A stretch of 64,000 nt of DNA from Nitrosopumilus sp. (GCA_965205675.1 OZ242186.1:768001-832000); one strand, 5' to 3'. Positions 1 through 10,331 are shown, counted from the first letter of the stretch. The notes: generated from the sequence alone by a model not told the origin. Numbers and translations: made by a program.

Positions 1-499
1 TGCGGCACGTACATGTAGTTTTTGTGGAACCTTTGGTTTTAGATTCCATTTGTGCATCAAACGACGCACATGAGTGATATGATATGTAATGCGTGTTCTG
101 TAAAATATGAATTGTATCAGTTTTTTTGGAGTCATTCCATCTGAAATTTTCTTAAATGTACGCTCTATTTTTTGTAATTTTTTGTGTGAAATTAATGGCG
201 GACGACCAGAACGAGGTAGGTCCTCCAGGCCCTCTAGTCCGTATTTTTCAAATGAATCAAGCCAATTCCTTACAGAATTGTAGGTACAAAACATTTGGTT
301 GGCAGTTTCAGCAATTGTGGATTCGTTGATCTTAATTATACACATTGCATGCAGTCTTTCCTTTTTCTTACCGTACTTTTCTTTTTTGTAGGCCTGGAGT
401 AACTCGTCATTTGTGATGTCCATGAAATTATTTCTAACTACTGATCAAAAAGTATTGCTATTTGTTTTGAAAAATTGCAAAGAATTATGCTCCGAGGTA
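1..499 (-). mobile_element. IS630-family element, left end and transposase N-terminus (ORF starts at 423, runs off the window)
   Basis: Minus-strand translation MDITNDELLQAYKKEK...YNSVRNWLDSFEKYGLEGLEDLPRSGRPP...HVRRLMHKWNLKPKVP is a typical IS630 HTH region. The terminus is inferred next to a TA at about 500. Confidence 0.8.
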
Positions 500-542
500 T
501 ATCTGATATTATTTAGAAACGAAGTTCTTAAACTCATTCTCT

Positions 543-682
543 AGACGTCTTGCGTAATTATTTCTAGGCGTGAATTTTGCTGCAGGATTTTTCAAATTGG
601 TTGAGAAATTTGAATTTTCAGGTATGAATTCTGTTAAAATACAAAATTTGAGAAAAAATCTCTATAATTACGCAAGAGGTCT
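543..682. mobile_element. 140-bp MITE sharing terminal inverted repeats with the ISL2-like element at 49903-50973
   Basis: AGACGTCTTGCGTAATTA (543-560) and TAATTACGCAAGAGGTCT (665-682) form an 18-bp IR with 1 mismatch; no ORF inside. Confidence 0.85.
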
Positions 683-736
683 TCTGTATTCACCTCGTTA
701 CTTATCTACATCTAATCCAAATCAATATCACAGAGT

Positions 737-1855
737 ATGAAGATAGTACATTTTTCAGACACTCACTTAGGATATTCAGATTATGGCAGATTTGACTCCG
801 AATCTGGAATCAACAAACGAGAGAATGATGTCTATGGAGTCTTCAAGGAAATAATAGACTACATCATCGAGACAAAACCAGATCTTGTCATTCATGCAGG
901 TGATTTGTTTGACAGTATACGTCCGTCAAACAGAGCAATTTCTGTTGCACTGGAACAAATATCCAGATTATCAAAAGAACATGTTCCTACCGTTATAATA
1001 GCAGGAAACCATTCTACACCAAGACAAAAATCAACCGATACGATATTCAAAATACTACAATATTTTCCAGATGTCTATCCTGTTTTTGGAGGCAAGTATG
1101 AAAAACTAAAGATTGGAGAATGTGCTATTCATACAATTCCTCATTCTTATTCTGATGAAGACTTGCAAGAGAGTATCAAAAAACTAAAAGTAGACAAATC
1201 TTTCAAGTACAATATAATGGTCGCACATACGGCCATACGCGATGTGGATGAAGCATCATGGGGAGAGTTCAAAGAACAAACAATTCCTGCATCTTCTCTT
1301 AAAAGTGATTTTGATTACATTGCACTAGGACACTATCATAAATTTTTGAAAATTAAAGACAATGCGTATTATTGTAGTTCCCCTGAAAGGCTTAGTTTCA
1401 ACGAAGTCAAAGACAAGAAAGGTTTCGTGGAAGTAACTCTTAGTGATTTTTCAGTTAAACACATTCCTACAAATGCACGTGATATGATAGTATTTGATCC
1501 AATTGACTGTGAAAAACTTAGTGCGTCCGAAGTTCTAGATGAACTGGAAGAGATGGTTTCTGGAAAAGTAGATGGAAAAATTATCAAAGTGATCCTTGAT
1601 AAAATTCCACGTCATGTCCATTCGTCTTTAGACTTGCAAAAAATCAGGCAGATAATGTCTAACGCGTTGCATTACGAGCCGATATACAATTGGAAATTTG
1701 ATGAAAATAGTAATGTTTCATCTTCTCAAATTGGTTCCATCAATGAAGAATTTGAAAATTATTTGCAAAAGATTGAACTTGAATCTGAAGAACTAGAAGA
1801 AATCAAGACATTGGGAAATGAGTATCTTAGTAGAGTGATAGAGGAGGAAGTATAA
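737..1855 (+). CDS. mre11: Mre11/SbcD-family metallophosphoesterase nuclease
   Basis: Motifs SDTHLG, HAGDLFD, IAGNHS, VAH, ALGHYH; stop overlaps the Rad50 start. Confidence 0.93.
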   Translation: MKIVHFSDTHLGYSDYGRFDSESGINKRENDVYGVFKEIIDYIIETKPDLVIHAGDLFDSIRPSNRAISVALEQISRLSKEHVPTVIIAGNHSTPRQKSTDTIFKILQYFPDVYPVFGGKYEKLKIGECAIHTIPHSYSDEDLQESIKKLKVDKSFKYNIMVAHTAIRDVDEASWGEFKEQTIPASSLKSDFDYIALGHYHKFLKIKDNAYYCSSPERLSFNEVKDKKGFVEVTLSDFSVKHIPTNARDMIVFDPIDCEKLSASEVLDELEEMVSGKVDGKIIKVILDKIPRHVHSSLDLQKIRQIMSNALHYEPIYNWKFDENSNVSSSQIGSINEEFENYLQKIELESEELEEIKTLGNEYLSRVIEEEV

Positions 1856-4281
1856 TGTTTCTGAAAAATATTCAACTCAAAAATTACAGGAGGTATCAAG
1901 ATGCAAATATTGAATTTCCAACAGGCCTGATAGGCATAGTAGGCAGGAATGGTTCTGGAAAATCCTCTCTAATCGAGGCGGTTGGATGGTGTCTATATGG
2001 GAACAATGCGTCTAGAACAAAAAAAGACCAAATAAAGACAACTGGAATTCCAGATACTGAAAATTGCAGTGTCACACTTGAGATGATGCTTGGGTCTGAC
2101 ACTGTAAAAATCATCCGAGAGTTAAAAGGCAAAAATAATTCTGGACATGCTAGTGTCTTTGTCAATGGAAATACAAATGCAGAAGTCAGAGGAATGAATG
2201 AGGTTTCTGAGTTCATAGCAAAAAGAACCGGGATGGATCATGTTGCATTTTTTACTTCTGTTTTTGCAAAACAAAAAGAACTTGACTCTCTGTCAAATCT
2301 ACAATCCGGTGAAAGAAAGAAAACCATAATGAAACTTCTGAGAATTAACAAAATAGATGATGCGATAAGTGCAATACGAAATGATGTAAGAATTAGCAAA
2401 GACAAAATTTCATCTTTGTCAAGTAACTTAAAAGATATAGATGCTCTTGAAAAAGAATCAAGTAAAATATCTGAAGAGAAAGAAGACATATCAAAACAGA
2501 TCAAAGAACATGACAGTAAAATTAAATCATTGTTGGCAGAAGTAACGAAAAGAAAAATCGAATTTACAGTGCATGAAAAAAAATATCGGAACTATAACAA
2601 AGTAAGCAAAGAACTTGCAAAAATTATAGGGGAGAAAAAATCCAAGGTATCTGAGAAAGAAACGATAGGATCAGATCTAGAATGTGCAAACCTTTCTAAA
2701 AAAAGAATGAACCAGATTGCTCCAAAAATAAAAAAATATGAAACAGTGAAAAAAGAAAAGAATGAACTTGATTCATTATTTGGGAAATTCAAAGAAAAGG
2801 AAGGATTAGAACAACAACATGCCGCAATTTCTTCTAAGATTAGAAAGCAAGATAGTGTCAATAAAAAAATTGAAAAAAACCTTGTTAAATTAAAAGGACT
2901 TGATCAAGACCTCAAAAAACAGGATAAAGAGTTAGAAAAACAGGAAACAAGAAAAGAAAATGTCAACAAGTCGATAAGTGCAATCTCTGCTAAGATGAAG
3001 AGTAATCGGGCACGAAAATCAGAACTAGAAGAGGAATTTTCCGTGATAAATGAACTAGGGAAGGATGGAGAATGTCCTACGTGTAAACGACCTCTAAAAG
3101 ATCATCTTCCTCCCGTTTCTAAGTATTTTGACCAAGAAATATCTAAGATTTCAGATACAATCAGTATTGATTCTGGAGAAAAGAAAAAACTTGATTCAGA
3201 ACTTAAATCCGTTAAAAAGAAAATTGAAGAACTTGATGAGAATATTGGAAAACTTGAAGGCATGAAAACTGAGAGGACCTCTATGCAAACTCAGTTAAAA
3301 GAAGGCAAAAAAACAATTGCCACATTGAATCGAAATAAAACAAATTTGGCAAAGAAACTAAAGAAATTCTCTGGTTTGAAATACAATCGTAAGCATCATT
3401 TAACAATGAACAAACAATATGATGAACTATCGAAAATCAAAGACGAGTCAATGAAATTATCTGCTGATGTAAAAAGAATCCCTACATTGTCAAATAGGCA
3501 AAAACAATCTATGTCTTCCATTTCAAAACTAGAGAAAAAAGAAAGAGTAGAAGAAAAAAAATTTGATTCTATCGGATACAATGAATCAAAATATGAAAAG
3601 TCTGAAGAAAGTTTGGATCAAGCAAAAGAAGACCATGCTGAAACTAGAGAAAAATGGATTAAGCTAAAGGGTGAACTTACAAATCTGAACTTACAAATAC
3701 AACAAATCGTAAAAGACATTGAGGAAGAAAAAGAAAAACAAATCATAATTGATAAAGAAAATGAGAAAATAGATTCAAGAAGCAAACTAGAAAAAATAAT
3801 GAATAACTTTAGACTTGATCTTATTTCCAGAATAAGACCAATACTCTCACAGAGATCTTCTGAATTATTTAGAAAAATCACGAAGGGGAAATACCCTTCT
3901 ATGGAACTAAACGAAGATTACAATATACTAATTGAAGATGAAGGGAATAGTTTCACAACTGAAAGATTTTCAGGAGGTGAAGGAGACCTGGCAAATCTTT
4001 GTTTGCGTATTGCAATTTCACAAGAATTGGCAGAACGAGCAGGCGGAATGCAGGCTAATTTCATAGCACTGGATGAGATATTTGGAAGTCAAGATGAAGG
4101 AAGGAAAAACAACATACTGGAGGCACTTTCTGAGCTTTCAAACCAGTTCAAACAGATCCTAATCATTACTCATGTGGAAGACGTGAAGGAGATATTGCCA
4201 TATGTACTAACAGTAAAAGAGAATTCTGACAACACAGTAAAGATAGAAACAGAAGGAATAGCATCTGTTGCAATTACGTAG
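1855..4281 (+). CDS. rad50: Rad50/SbcC-family SMC-like ATPase
   Basis: Walker A GRNGSGKSS, coiled coils, zinc hook CPTC, signature FSGGE, Walker B FIALDE, H-loop IITH. Confidence 0.93.
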   Translation: MFLKNIQLKNYRRYQDANIEFPTGLIGIVGRNGSGKSSLIEAVGWCLYGNNASRTKKDQIKTTGIPDTENCSVTLEMMLGSDTVKIIRELKGKNNSGHASVFVNGNTNAEVRGMNEVSEFIAKRTGMDHVAFFTSVFAKQKELDSLSNLQSGERKKTIMKLLRINKIDDAISAIRNDVRISKDKISSLSSNLKDIDALEKESSKISEEKEDISKQIKEHDSKIKSLLAEVTKRKIEFTVHEKKYRNYNKVSKELAKIIGEKKSKVSEKETIGSDLECANLSKKRMNQIAPKIKKYETVKKEKNELDSLFGKFKEKEGLEQQHAAISSKIRKQDSVNKKIEKNLVKLKGLDQDLKKQDKELEKQETRKENVNKSISAISAKMKSNRARKSELEEEFSVINELGKDGECPTCKRPLKDHLPPVSKYFDQEISKISDTISIDSGEKKKLDSELKSVKKKIEELDENIGKLEGMKTERTSMQTQLKEGKKTIATLNRNKTNLAKKLKKFSGLKYNRKHHLTMNKQYDELSKIKDESMKLSADVKRIPTLSNRQKQSMSSISKLEKKERVEEKKFDSIGYNESKYEKSEESLDQAKEDHAETREKWIKLKGELTNLNLQIQQIVKDIEEEKEKQIIIDKENEKIDSRSKLEKIMNNFRLDLISRIRPILSQRSSELFRKITKGKYPSMELNEDYNILIEDEGNSFTTERFSGGEGDLANLCLRIAISQELAERAGGMQANFIALDEIFGSQDEGRKNNILEALSELSNQFKQILIITHVEDVKEILPYVLTVKENSDNTVKIETEGIASVAIT

Positions 4282-4327
4282 AATTTTCTAAAATATGGAA
4301 GAACATATGTTTTGAAATTTGTTTTCA

Positions 4328-5175
4328 TTACAAATGTCTTTTTTTCTTATCTACAATGTCGTAACCTATTTTTTTCCAATAGTGTCCAACACATTTCTTA
4401 GGTCGCTTCCTTTTTTGTAGTTTCCAGAATATGGTCCAACCGTGGTTCTTTTTCCTCGAGCAAGTTGATATCCTTTGTTGACTGGATGTTTTTCTACTAT
4501 TCCAATACAATTTCCGCCATATCCTTTTACAGCAGAAAAGCAGGGAATGTTCCCTGGACTGTCTCCCAAGTAAACCATGTATTCAAAAGGAATACGTCTA
4601 TCTTCATTTTTCATTGAATCATTAACACTAAATGGACACCGTCTAAGTTCTTTTCCGGTAATTCCTTTGTTGATTGCATAAAGGAATTTTGTTTTCTCTG
4701 TGAATGTAACTGTTGATTTTATTCCATTGATTTTTTTAGTTTTTAGATCTTCGTTAAATCTTCCTGCAAAAATATCTGTGAAATGTTTTGATAATACACT
4801 TCTTTTAATCAAATCTTCAAAGCCTGAAGAGATTATGTAAAACTCTATGTTGACACCTGCCTCAACAAAATCTTTGTTTCTATTTATAAGTGAATTTAAT
4901 TGTGGAATGAAATCTGGCACATCATCGTATGGGGCTACTTTCTTCCCTAGTTGAAGATACTAACAAAAAACTTGTTGCTGTATTTGTCCAGATTGCATCA
5001 TTTTGTATATTTCAGTCATCCATGCAATAGGAGGATCCTATCCTTGAGACACCATTTTAGTAATATTTTTCCAAAATTGTTTTACTTTGACACCATTCTG
5101 TTCTAGTAAGAAATTTGTTGTATCTGGCGCAAGTGTCTCATCACAGTCACATATTATCGCAATCGTATTCTGCAT
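4328..5175 (-). pseudogene. HAD-superfamily hydrolase, disrupted
   Basis: Starts MQNTIAIICDCDETLAPD (DxD motif) at 5175, with ISSG and YLGD motifs downstream. In-frame TAG at 5038-5040 (G*DPP), a second stop near 4960 and a probable frameshift near 4370. Confidence 0.8.
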
Positions 5176-5269
5176 TATGTAAACTCAAGAACGGGACATC
5201 ATATTAAAGGAATTTTGATGTTTTACTTTGTGTTGATATTATTATAAGATTGGATTACAAATAATCAAT

Positions 5270-6007
5270 ATGGCTTCTTTCAAGATTGCTGCAATCAAAG
5301 TCTTAAGAAAATCGAAGGAATCACTACACTATAACGAAATCACAAAACAAGCAATAGACCAAAATCTTATCGTGACATCTGGCGCAACTCCTGATGCTAC
5401 TATGAATGCACAAATTACATTAGACATCAAACACAAAAAAGACAAATCTGCTTTTATCCGAATAAAACCCGGCATATTTCAATTAAATCCAAAATATTCT
5501 CAAGAAGAGCAAAAGCAAGAAGAGAAACAAGAAATCATAGAAATTGAAGAAAAAGAAATTGAAACCAAACGTTCTCAATTCATTGGAAAAGCAGGTGAAC
5601 ATCTTGTGGTGAGCAAACTACTCTTCCAAGAGTTCAATGCAAATATTATGAGTGTTGACGATGGAATAGACATCGTTGCCACAAGGAAAGACAGACTATA
5701 CAACATTCAAGTTAAAACTGCAAACGAAAAATATGGAAAGTATGTAGCTGATATCAACATAAACTCATATCAAAAATACAACTCTTCAAACACATTTTAC
5801 ATCTTTGTTCTCAGAGGCAAGGAAGAAAATTTTTTGATTTTGCCTTATGTAGAAGTACAGAAAAGCATTGATCAAAAAAATATTCTAGTTGTTGATCATG
5901 GAAAAAGATACCGAGTCAACTTTACACTGAGGGATGGTAAGATATATCTTGGAAATCTCAAAAACGATGCAACATATTTCAAAAATAATTGGGATTTAAT
6001 TATTTGA
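5270..6007 (+). CDS. HARE-HTH (HB1/ASXL/restriction-endonuclease HTH) fused to a PD-(D/E)XK nuclease domain
   Basis: N-terminal LHYNEIT...GATPDATM...FIRIKPGIFQL; C-terminal GKAGEHLV...GIDIV...IQVKT. Confidence 0.8.
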   Translation: MASFKIAAIKVLRKSKESLHYNEITKQAIDQNLIVTSGATPDATMNAQITLDIKHKKDKSAFIRIKPGIFQLNPKYSQEEQKQEEKQEIIEIEEKEIETKRSQFIGKAGEHLVVSKLLFQEFNANIMSVDDGIDIVATRKDRLYNIQVKTANEKYGKYVADININSYQKYNSSNTFYIFVLRGKEENFLILPYVEVQKSIDQKNILVVDHGKRYRVNFTLRDGKIYLGNLKNDATYFKNNWDLII

Positions 6008-6037
6008 TTTTTACTGCCGATTCTCATTCCTATATTA

Positions 6038-6225
6038 GTTAAAGATCCTCATTACAATCCATGCAATATAATTGACCATCACAGTTGTCGTGCATTTTCT
6101 TTGGATGTTTGCATTTTGACAGAGGAGGGAGTTGTTTCTTTATTGCTTTTATCCATTCTATATCGTTATCAAGATCTTCAACAACCATTGAAACAATATT
6201 TTTCAAAAATTCATCCCCTGTATTC
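6038..6225 (-). pseudogene. Remnant of a small Cys/His-rich protein
   Basis: Minus-strand frame reads ...EDLDNDIEWIKAIKKQLPPLSKCKHPKKMHDNCDGQLYCMDCNEDL*; the 5' part is broken by stops. Confidence 0.35.
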
Positions 6226-6386
6226 CAAGGTCATTTTTGTCTAATAGAATCCTTCCTCTTCTCTTTTTTATTTTTAAGTATGAGATTATCAAGTTTGTAT
6301 GTTTTTGATATAGTCAACAATCATAGTTGAAAGTTATGATAAACAAATTGTTGGTAATGTGATAATAAATTCAAATTTACACAACA

Positions 6387-6773
6387 TCAAAGTTTTGGAT
6401 ACTCGTAAATACTAAAATCAATTCCTTCTTCTGATTCAAATCCTACGAGCCTCTTTTCACAATTAATTTCAAAAATCAAATCATCCCTATCATCCTCAAT
6501 TAATCCTAAACCTTTCACTGTTTTGGCACGGTCTATAAAATCTGGAAAAACATCACAGAATATTTTTAACATATTATCAGGTTCTTTGGTTTTTCTGCCT
6601 TCAACATCGGTATCTGAATGGAGATTGAAACAAACATCAAATGAAAGTCGTTTTCCCCCATACATCTTTTTTGAATCTCAGAGACATCGTCTATTTTTAA
6701 CAAAAATATCTTTGATCTTAGATCGCATAATCTTTTCTTCTTCAAAATTTTTTTCAAAACTTTTTTCTAACAT
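6387..6773 (-). pseudogene. RusA-like Holliday-junction resolvase remnant
   Basis: KEPDNMLKIFCD...GLIEDDRDDLIFEINCEK resembles the RusA DxDNxxK...D...DD pattern. In-frame TGA at 6678-6680 between ATG 6773 and ATG 6665. Confidence 0.5.
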
Positions 6774-6870
6774 ATTTGTCTAACTGCCTTATATTGATTG
6801 GAGTTTAATCACGAAAAGTTTACCCTCAACTTTAATATAATTAGCGATTTTTTTTGAAATCAGAAATCTA

Positions 6871-7521
6871 TTGTTAGTAATTTTTGATGTTGAAGGAGTT
6901 TTGTATGATGAAGAATATCTTCCAATTCTTGCCGAAAAACTCAACAAAGAAGATGAAATTTGGGAAATTACAAAACAAGGTATTCAAGGCAAAATAAATT
7001 GGGAAGAAGGCCTTCGAACTAGGGTTGCAGCATTAAAAGGTCTTGATGAAAAAACATGTCAGGAAGTATCTGATGGACTGCCTATAATGACTGGTGCTAA
7101 AGAAGCATGTAAAGCATTAAAAGCTGCTGGTTGGAAACTCATGGCCATTTCTGGTGGTTTTACCTTGATGATGCATAGGTTACAAAAAGAATTAGATCTT
7201 GATTATGTATATTCAAATGAATTGATATTCAAAGACGGCAAACTTGATGGTGTTACAATCAATGTTGACTCTGATAAATCAAAATCTGCAAAAATAAAGA
7301 TTGCAGAGTGGGGTGAGAAGGAAAAAAACATTGTTTGTGTTGTAGATGGTGCCAATGATGTGAAGCTGTTTGATGTTTGCGGATTAGGTATTGCTTATCG
7401 TGCTCAAGACATTGTCAAGGATTTGGCTACTACTACCTTAGAAGAAAAAGATCTTTCAAAAATCCTAGATATTATTAATAAACACTACAAATTAAAATTA
7501 CAACCTGTTCCTTTGGTGTAA
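6871..7521 (+). CDS. serB: Phosphoserine phosphatase (HAD family)
   Basis: FDVEGVL, ISGGF and DGAND motifs. Confidence 0.85.
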   Translation: MLVIFDVEGVLYDEEYLPILAEKLNKEDEIWEITKQGIQGKINWEEGLRTRVAALKGLDEKTCQEVSDGLPIMTGAKEACKALKAAGWKLMAISGGFTLMMHRLQKELDLDYVYSNELIFKDGKLDGVTINVDSDKSKSAKIKIAEWGEKEKNIVCVVDGANDVKLFDVCGLGIAYRAQDIVKDLATTTLEEKDLSKILDIINKHYKLKLQPVPLV

Positions 7522-7555
7522 ACAATTTTTTAGTCCTCTCTTTGAGATACTATGT

Positions 7556-8281
7556 TTGCAAATTATTCCAATCTTTGTTCAAAAAGAGATCGAACCATCT
7601 GACGATCTTTCTGACATTATTTTAAAGTCTGAACAATTGCGTGATGGTGACATAGTAGTAATTGCTCAAAAAATTATCTCTAAACAAGAAGGACGTTTAA
7701 TTGATTTATCTACGGTCGTTCCTTCTTTGTTAGCTGAAGGTATTGGCTCTCAATATCAAAAAGACCCACGTATCATTGAATTGATTTTATCTGAATCAAA
7801 ACGTATTGTTAGAATGACTCGTGGAATTTTAATCGTCGAAACACACCATGGATTTATTTGTGCAAATGCTGGTATAGATGAAAGTAATATTGAAGATGGT
7901 TTTGCAACTTTGTTGCCTGTTGATTCTGACGTTTCTGCCCAACGAATCCGAAATAAAATTTTAGAACAATCTAAAAAAAATATTGCAATTATTATCTCTG
8001 ATACATTTGGACGTCCTTTTAGAATGGGTCAAACTAATCATGCTATTGGAGTCTCTGGACTGAATCCTATCTTAGATTATGAGGGAACTCTTGATTCTTT
8101 TAATAAAATTTTACGCGTTACTGCTATTGCCATCGCTGATGAGATTTCATCTGCATCTGAATTAGTCATGGGAAAATCCCTGAAATGCCCAATTGCAATA
8201 ATTCGTGATTATTCTTTCAAATCCGAAGATCATACTATCTCAGAATTGATTCGTTCTCCTGATGAAGATCTTTTTAGATAA
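7556..8281 (+). CDS. cofE: Coenzyme F420-0:L-glutamate ligase
   Basis: KIISKQEG, CANAGIDESN, DTFGRPFRMG. Confidence 0.93.
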   Translation: MQIIPIFVQKEIEPSDDLSDIILKSEQLRDGDIVVIAQKIISKQEGRLIDLSTVVPSLLAEGIGSQYQKDPRIIELILSESKRIVRMTRGILIVETHHGFICANAGIDESNIEDGFATLLPVDSDVSAQRIRNKILEQSKKNIAIIISDTFGRPFRMGQTNHAIGVSGLNPILDYEGTLDSFNKILRVTAIAIADEISSASELVMGKSLKCPIAIIRDYSFKSEDHTISELIRSPDEDLFR

Positions 8282-8373
8282 TCTTTTTAAATTCTTTTTT
8301 TATTCCAATAAGACAAGATATAACTCTGTATAGATTTTAATATAACAAATCAATCTTTAGGAGTTGATTACCA

Positions 8374-8610
8374 ATGTCTGAATCTTCTGAAAAGAAATTA
8401 GATGCCACTGGATTGTTTTGTCCAGAGCCTGTATTTCGGACAAAAATTGAAATTGAAAGAATGCAAGTCGGTGACATCATCATAGTATCTGCTGATGATC
8501 CTGCTGCTGAAGACGATATTTCTAGATGGGTTACAAGAAATGGTCATGAATTACTTGATTTATCCAAAGACGGTGACACCATCACATTCAAAATTAAAAA
8601 GGTGAAATAA
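8374..8610 (+). CDS. tusA: TusA/SirA-family sulfur carrier
   Basis: LDATGLFCPEP and ADDP motifs; 78 aa. Confidence 0.9.
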   Translation: MSESSEKKLDATGLFCPEPVFRTKIEIERMQVGDIIIVSADDPAAEDDISRWVTRNGHELLDLSKDGDTITFKIKKVK

Positions 8611-8617
8611 CTAAACT

Positions 8618-9610
8618 GTGACTGTTGTTACTGATACAGATGTATTGAATCGTGTAGGTGATACTCCTCTCGTACATTTGGATTCTTTATCTGGTGAACA
8701 TGCTAATTATTTTGCAAAATTGGAAGGTCATAATCCGTTTGGCTCTGTTAAAGATAGGGCAGCATATTGGATGATTAAAGATGGTGAAGAAAAAGGAATT
8801 CTTACAAAAGGAAAAAGTATCATAATTGAACCTACTTCTGGTAACACAGGAATTGCACTGACTGGAATTGCAAATGTTTTAGGTTACAAAGTAGAGATTG
8901 TTATTCCTGAAAAAGCCAGTAATGAAACTAAAGAAATCATTAGAAATCTTGGTGCCAAAGTATTTGAAACTAGTGATGATTTGTGTCCTAAAGTTGGTGC
9001 AGGCACTGATCAAAGTATTGCACTTGCAACATCTATTGCATCTTCTAGACCTGACACATACTATTCTCCTAATCAATATGCAAACGAGGCTAATTTCAAA
9101 GGTCATTATGTTGGAACTGGTCCTGAGATATGGAAACAAACTGAAGGTAAGATTACCCATTTCTTTACTGGTGTTGGTACTGGCGGCACCATTACTGGCA
9201 TAGGTGCTTTTCTTAAAGAAAAAAACCCTCAAGTTAAAATTATCGGATGTCAACCCCAACAAAACCATTTGATTCAAGGTTGGAGAAATTTTGAAGAATC
9301 TGCAAAACCTGATTTATTTTTAAAACGTGAAAATGTGGTGGATGATTGGATTTTTGTTGATAATGATGAAGCCTTCTCTGTTGTAAAAAAAGTGTATGCA
9401 AAAGATAAACTTCTCATCAGCCCTTCGTCTGCTGCTGTTTATGCATGTATGAAAAAACATTCTATTGATGGAGATGCATGTGTAGTTGGAATCTTTGCTG
9501 ATGATGGAAGAAAATTCAAAAGTGTATATGCCACTCAAAACATAATGACTGAAGAAGAATTTGATAATTCTCTTAAAGATGCCAAGCACATGTCTCAATT
9601 AGCTTACTAG
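8618..9610 (+). CDS. cysM: PLP-dependent cysteine synthase
   Basis: NPFGSVKDR, EPTSGNTG, GVGTGGT. Confidence 0.9.
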   Translation: MTVVTDTDVLNRVGDTPLVHLDSLSGEHANYFAKLEGHNPFGSVKDRAAYWMIKDGEEKGILTKGKSIIIEPTSGNTGIALTGIANVLGYKVEIVIPEKASNETKEIIRNLGAKVFETSDDLCPKVGAGTDQSIALATSIASSRPDTYYSPNQYANEANFKGHYVGTGPEIWKQTEGKITHFFTGVGTGGTITGIGAFLKEKNPQVKIIGCQPQQNHLIQGWRNFEESAKPDLFLKRENVVDDWIFVDNDEAFSVVKKVYAKDKLLISPSSAAVYACMKKHSIDGDACVVGIFADDGRKFKSVYATQNIMTEEEFDNSLKDAKHMSQLAY

Positions 9611-10084
9611 TCATTCTAAAATTTTCTTCAAATGTTTATCATAAAATTCTCTAAATAAAGAATTCATATCCATTTCATGTTTTAAACATGAATTACTTTG
9701 TTCTGTAATTTCATTTTTGATTTTTTTACTCCACAGACTGTGTTGTTTGTCTTTAGAATCTATAATTGATGGATTTTCTTTGATTTTCTCTATTGACTCT
9801 AGTAATGATGTACTTAATTGTTGAAATCTACTAATTTGTAATAGAAATCTATTTGACTCCTCTTTGTTTACTGTTCTAATTATTGCATAAACTTGTTTGT
9901 AATATTCTAAACCTTTGTTGTTGTATTTTTTAAAATCTTCCATTCTTTTTTGCCAGTATTCTTTTGTTACTTTTCCTTCAATTTTATAACTGAATTGAAT
10001 TTCTCTTAGATCTATGCCTAATTTTGCTAATTTGTTGCTGTGTTCCTTAACTGATTCTCTCAAATCTTCAAATTCATTATTCAT
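9611..10084 (-). CDS. Hypothetical helical protein
   Basis: 157-aa ORF that tiles without overlap. Confidence 0.7.
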   Translation of the reverse strand: MNNEFEDLRESVKEHSNKLAKLGIDLREIQFSYKIEGKVTKEYWQKRMEDFKKYNNKGLEYYKQVYAIIRTVNKEESNRFLLQISRFQQLSTSLLESIEKIKENPSIIDSKDKQHSLWSKKIKNEITEQSNSCLKHEMDMNSLFREFYDKHLKKILE

Positions 10085-10104
10085 TGCTATTAGTTAGTTT
10101 TATG

Positions 10105-10329
10105 CTATCCCATAAAGAGCTTGGATTTGTTCCATTCCTCCTCTAATTTTTTTGAATATGCTAACACACATTTTTCACAAAATGAATCCCATTCTGTAAT
10201 CCCTAGTTTTTTAAAAAATCTTACTGACCATGTATAACGTGGTTCTTTTCTATACTGAAATTGCTGAATTGTGTAGATCTCTTTTTCATGAAATTTATTC
10301 AAGCATTTTTTACACTGTGCATTTTTCAT
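10105..10329 (-). CDS. Small putative zinc-binding protein
   Basis: CKKC...CEKC; directly downstream of trxB. Confidence 0.7.
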   Translation of the reverse strand: MKNAQCKKCLNKFHEKEIYTIQQFQYRKEPRYTWSVRFFKKLGITEWDSFCEKCVLAYSKKLEEEWNKSKLFMG

Positions 10330-10331
10330 TG

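Noticed and set aside
5038-5040. Pyrrolysine or other read-through of the TAG in the HAD gene
   Set aside because: TAG is one change from a TGG codon, the gene has other lesions, and no pyl genes are in view.
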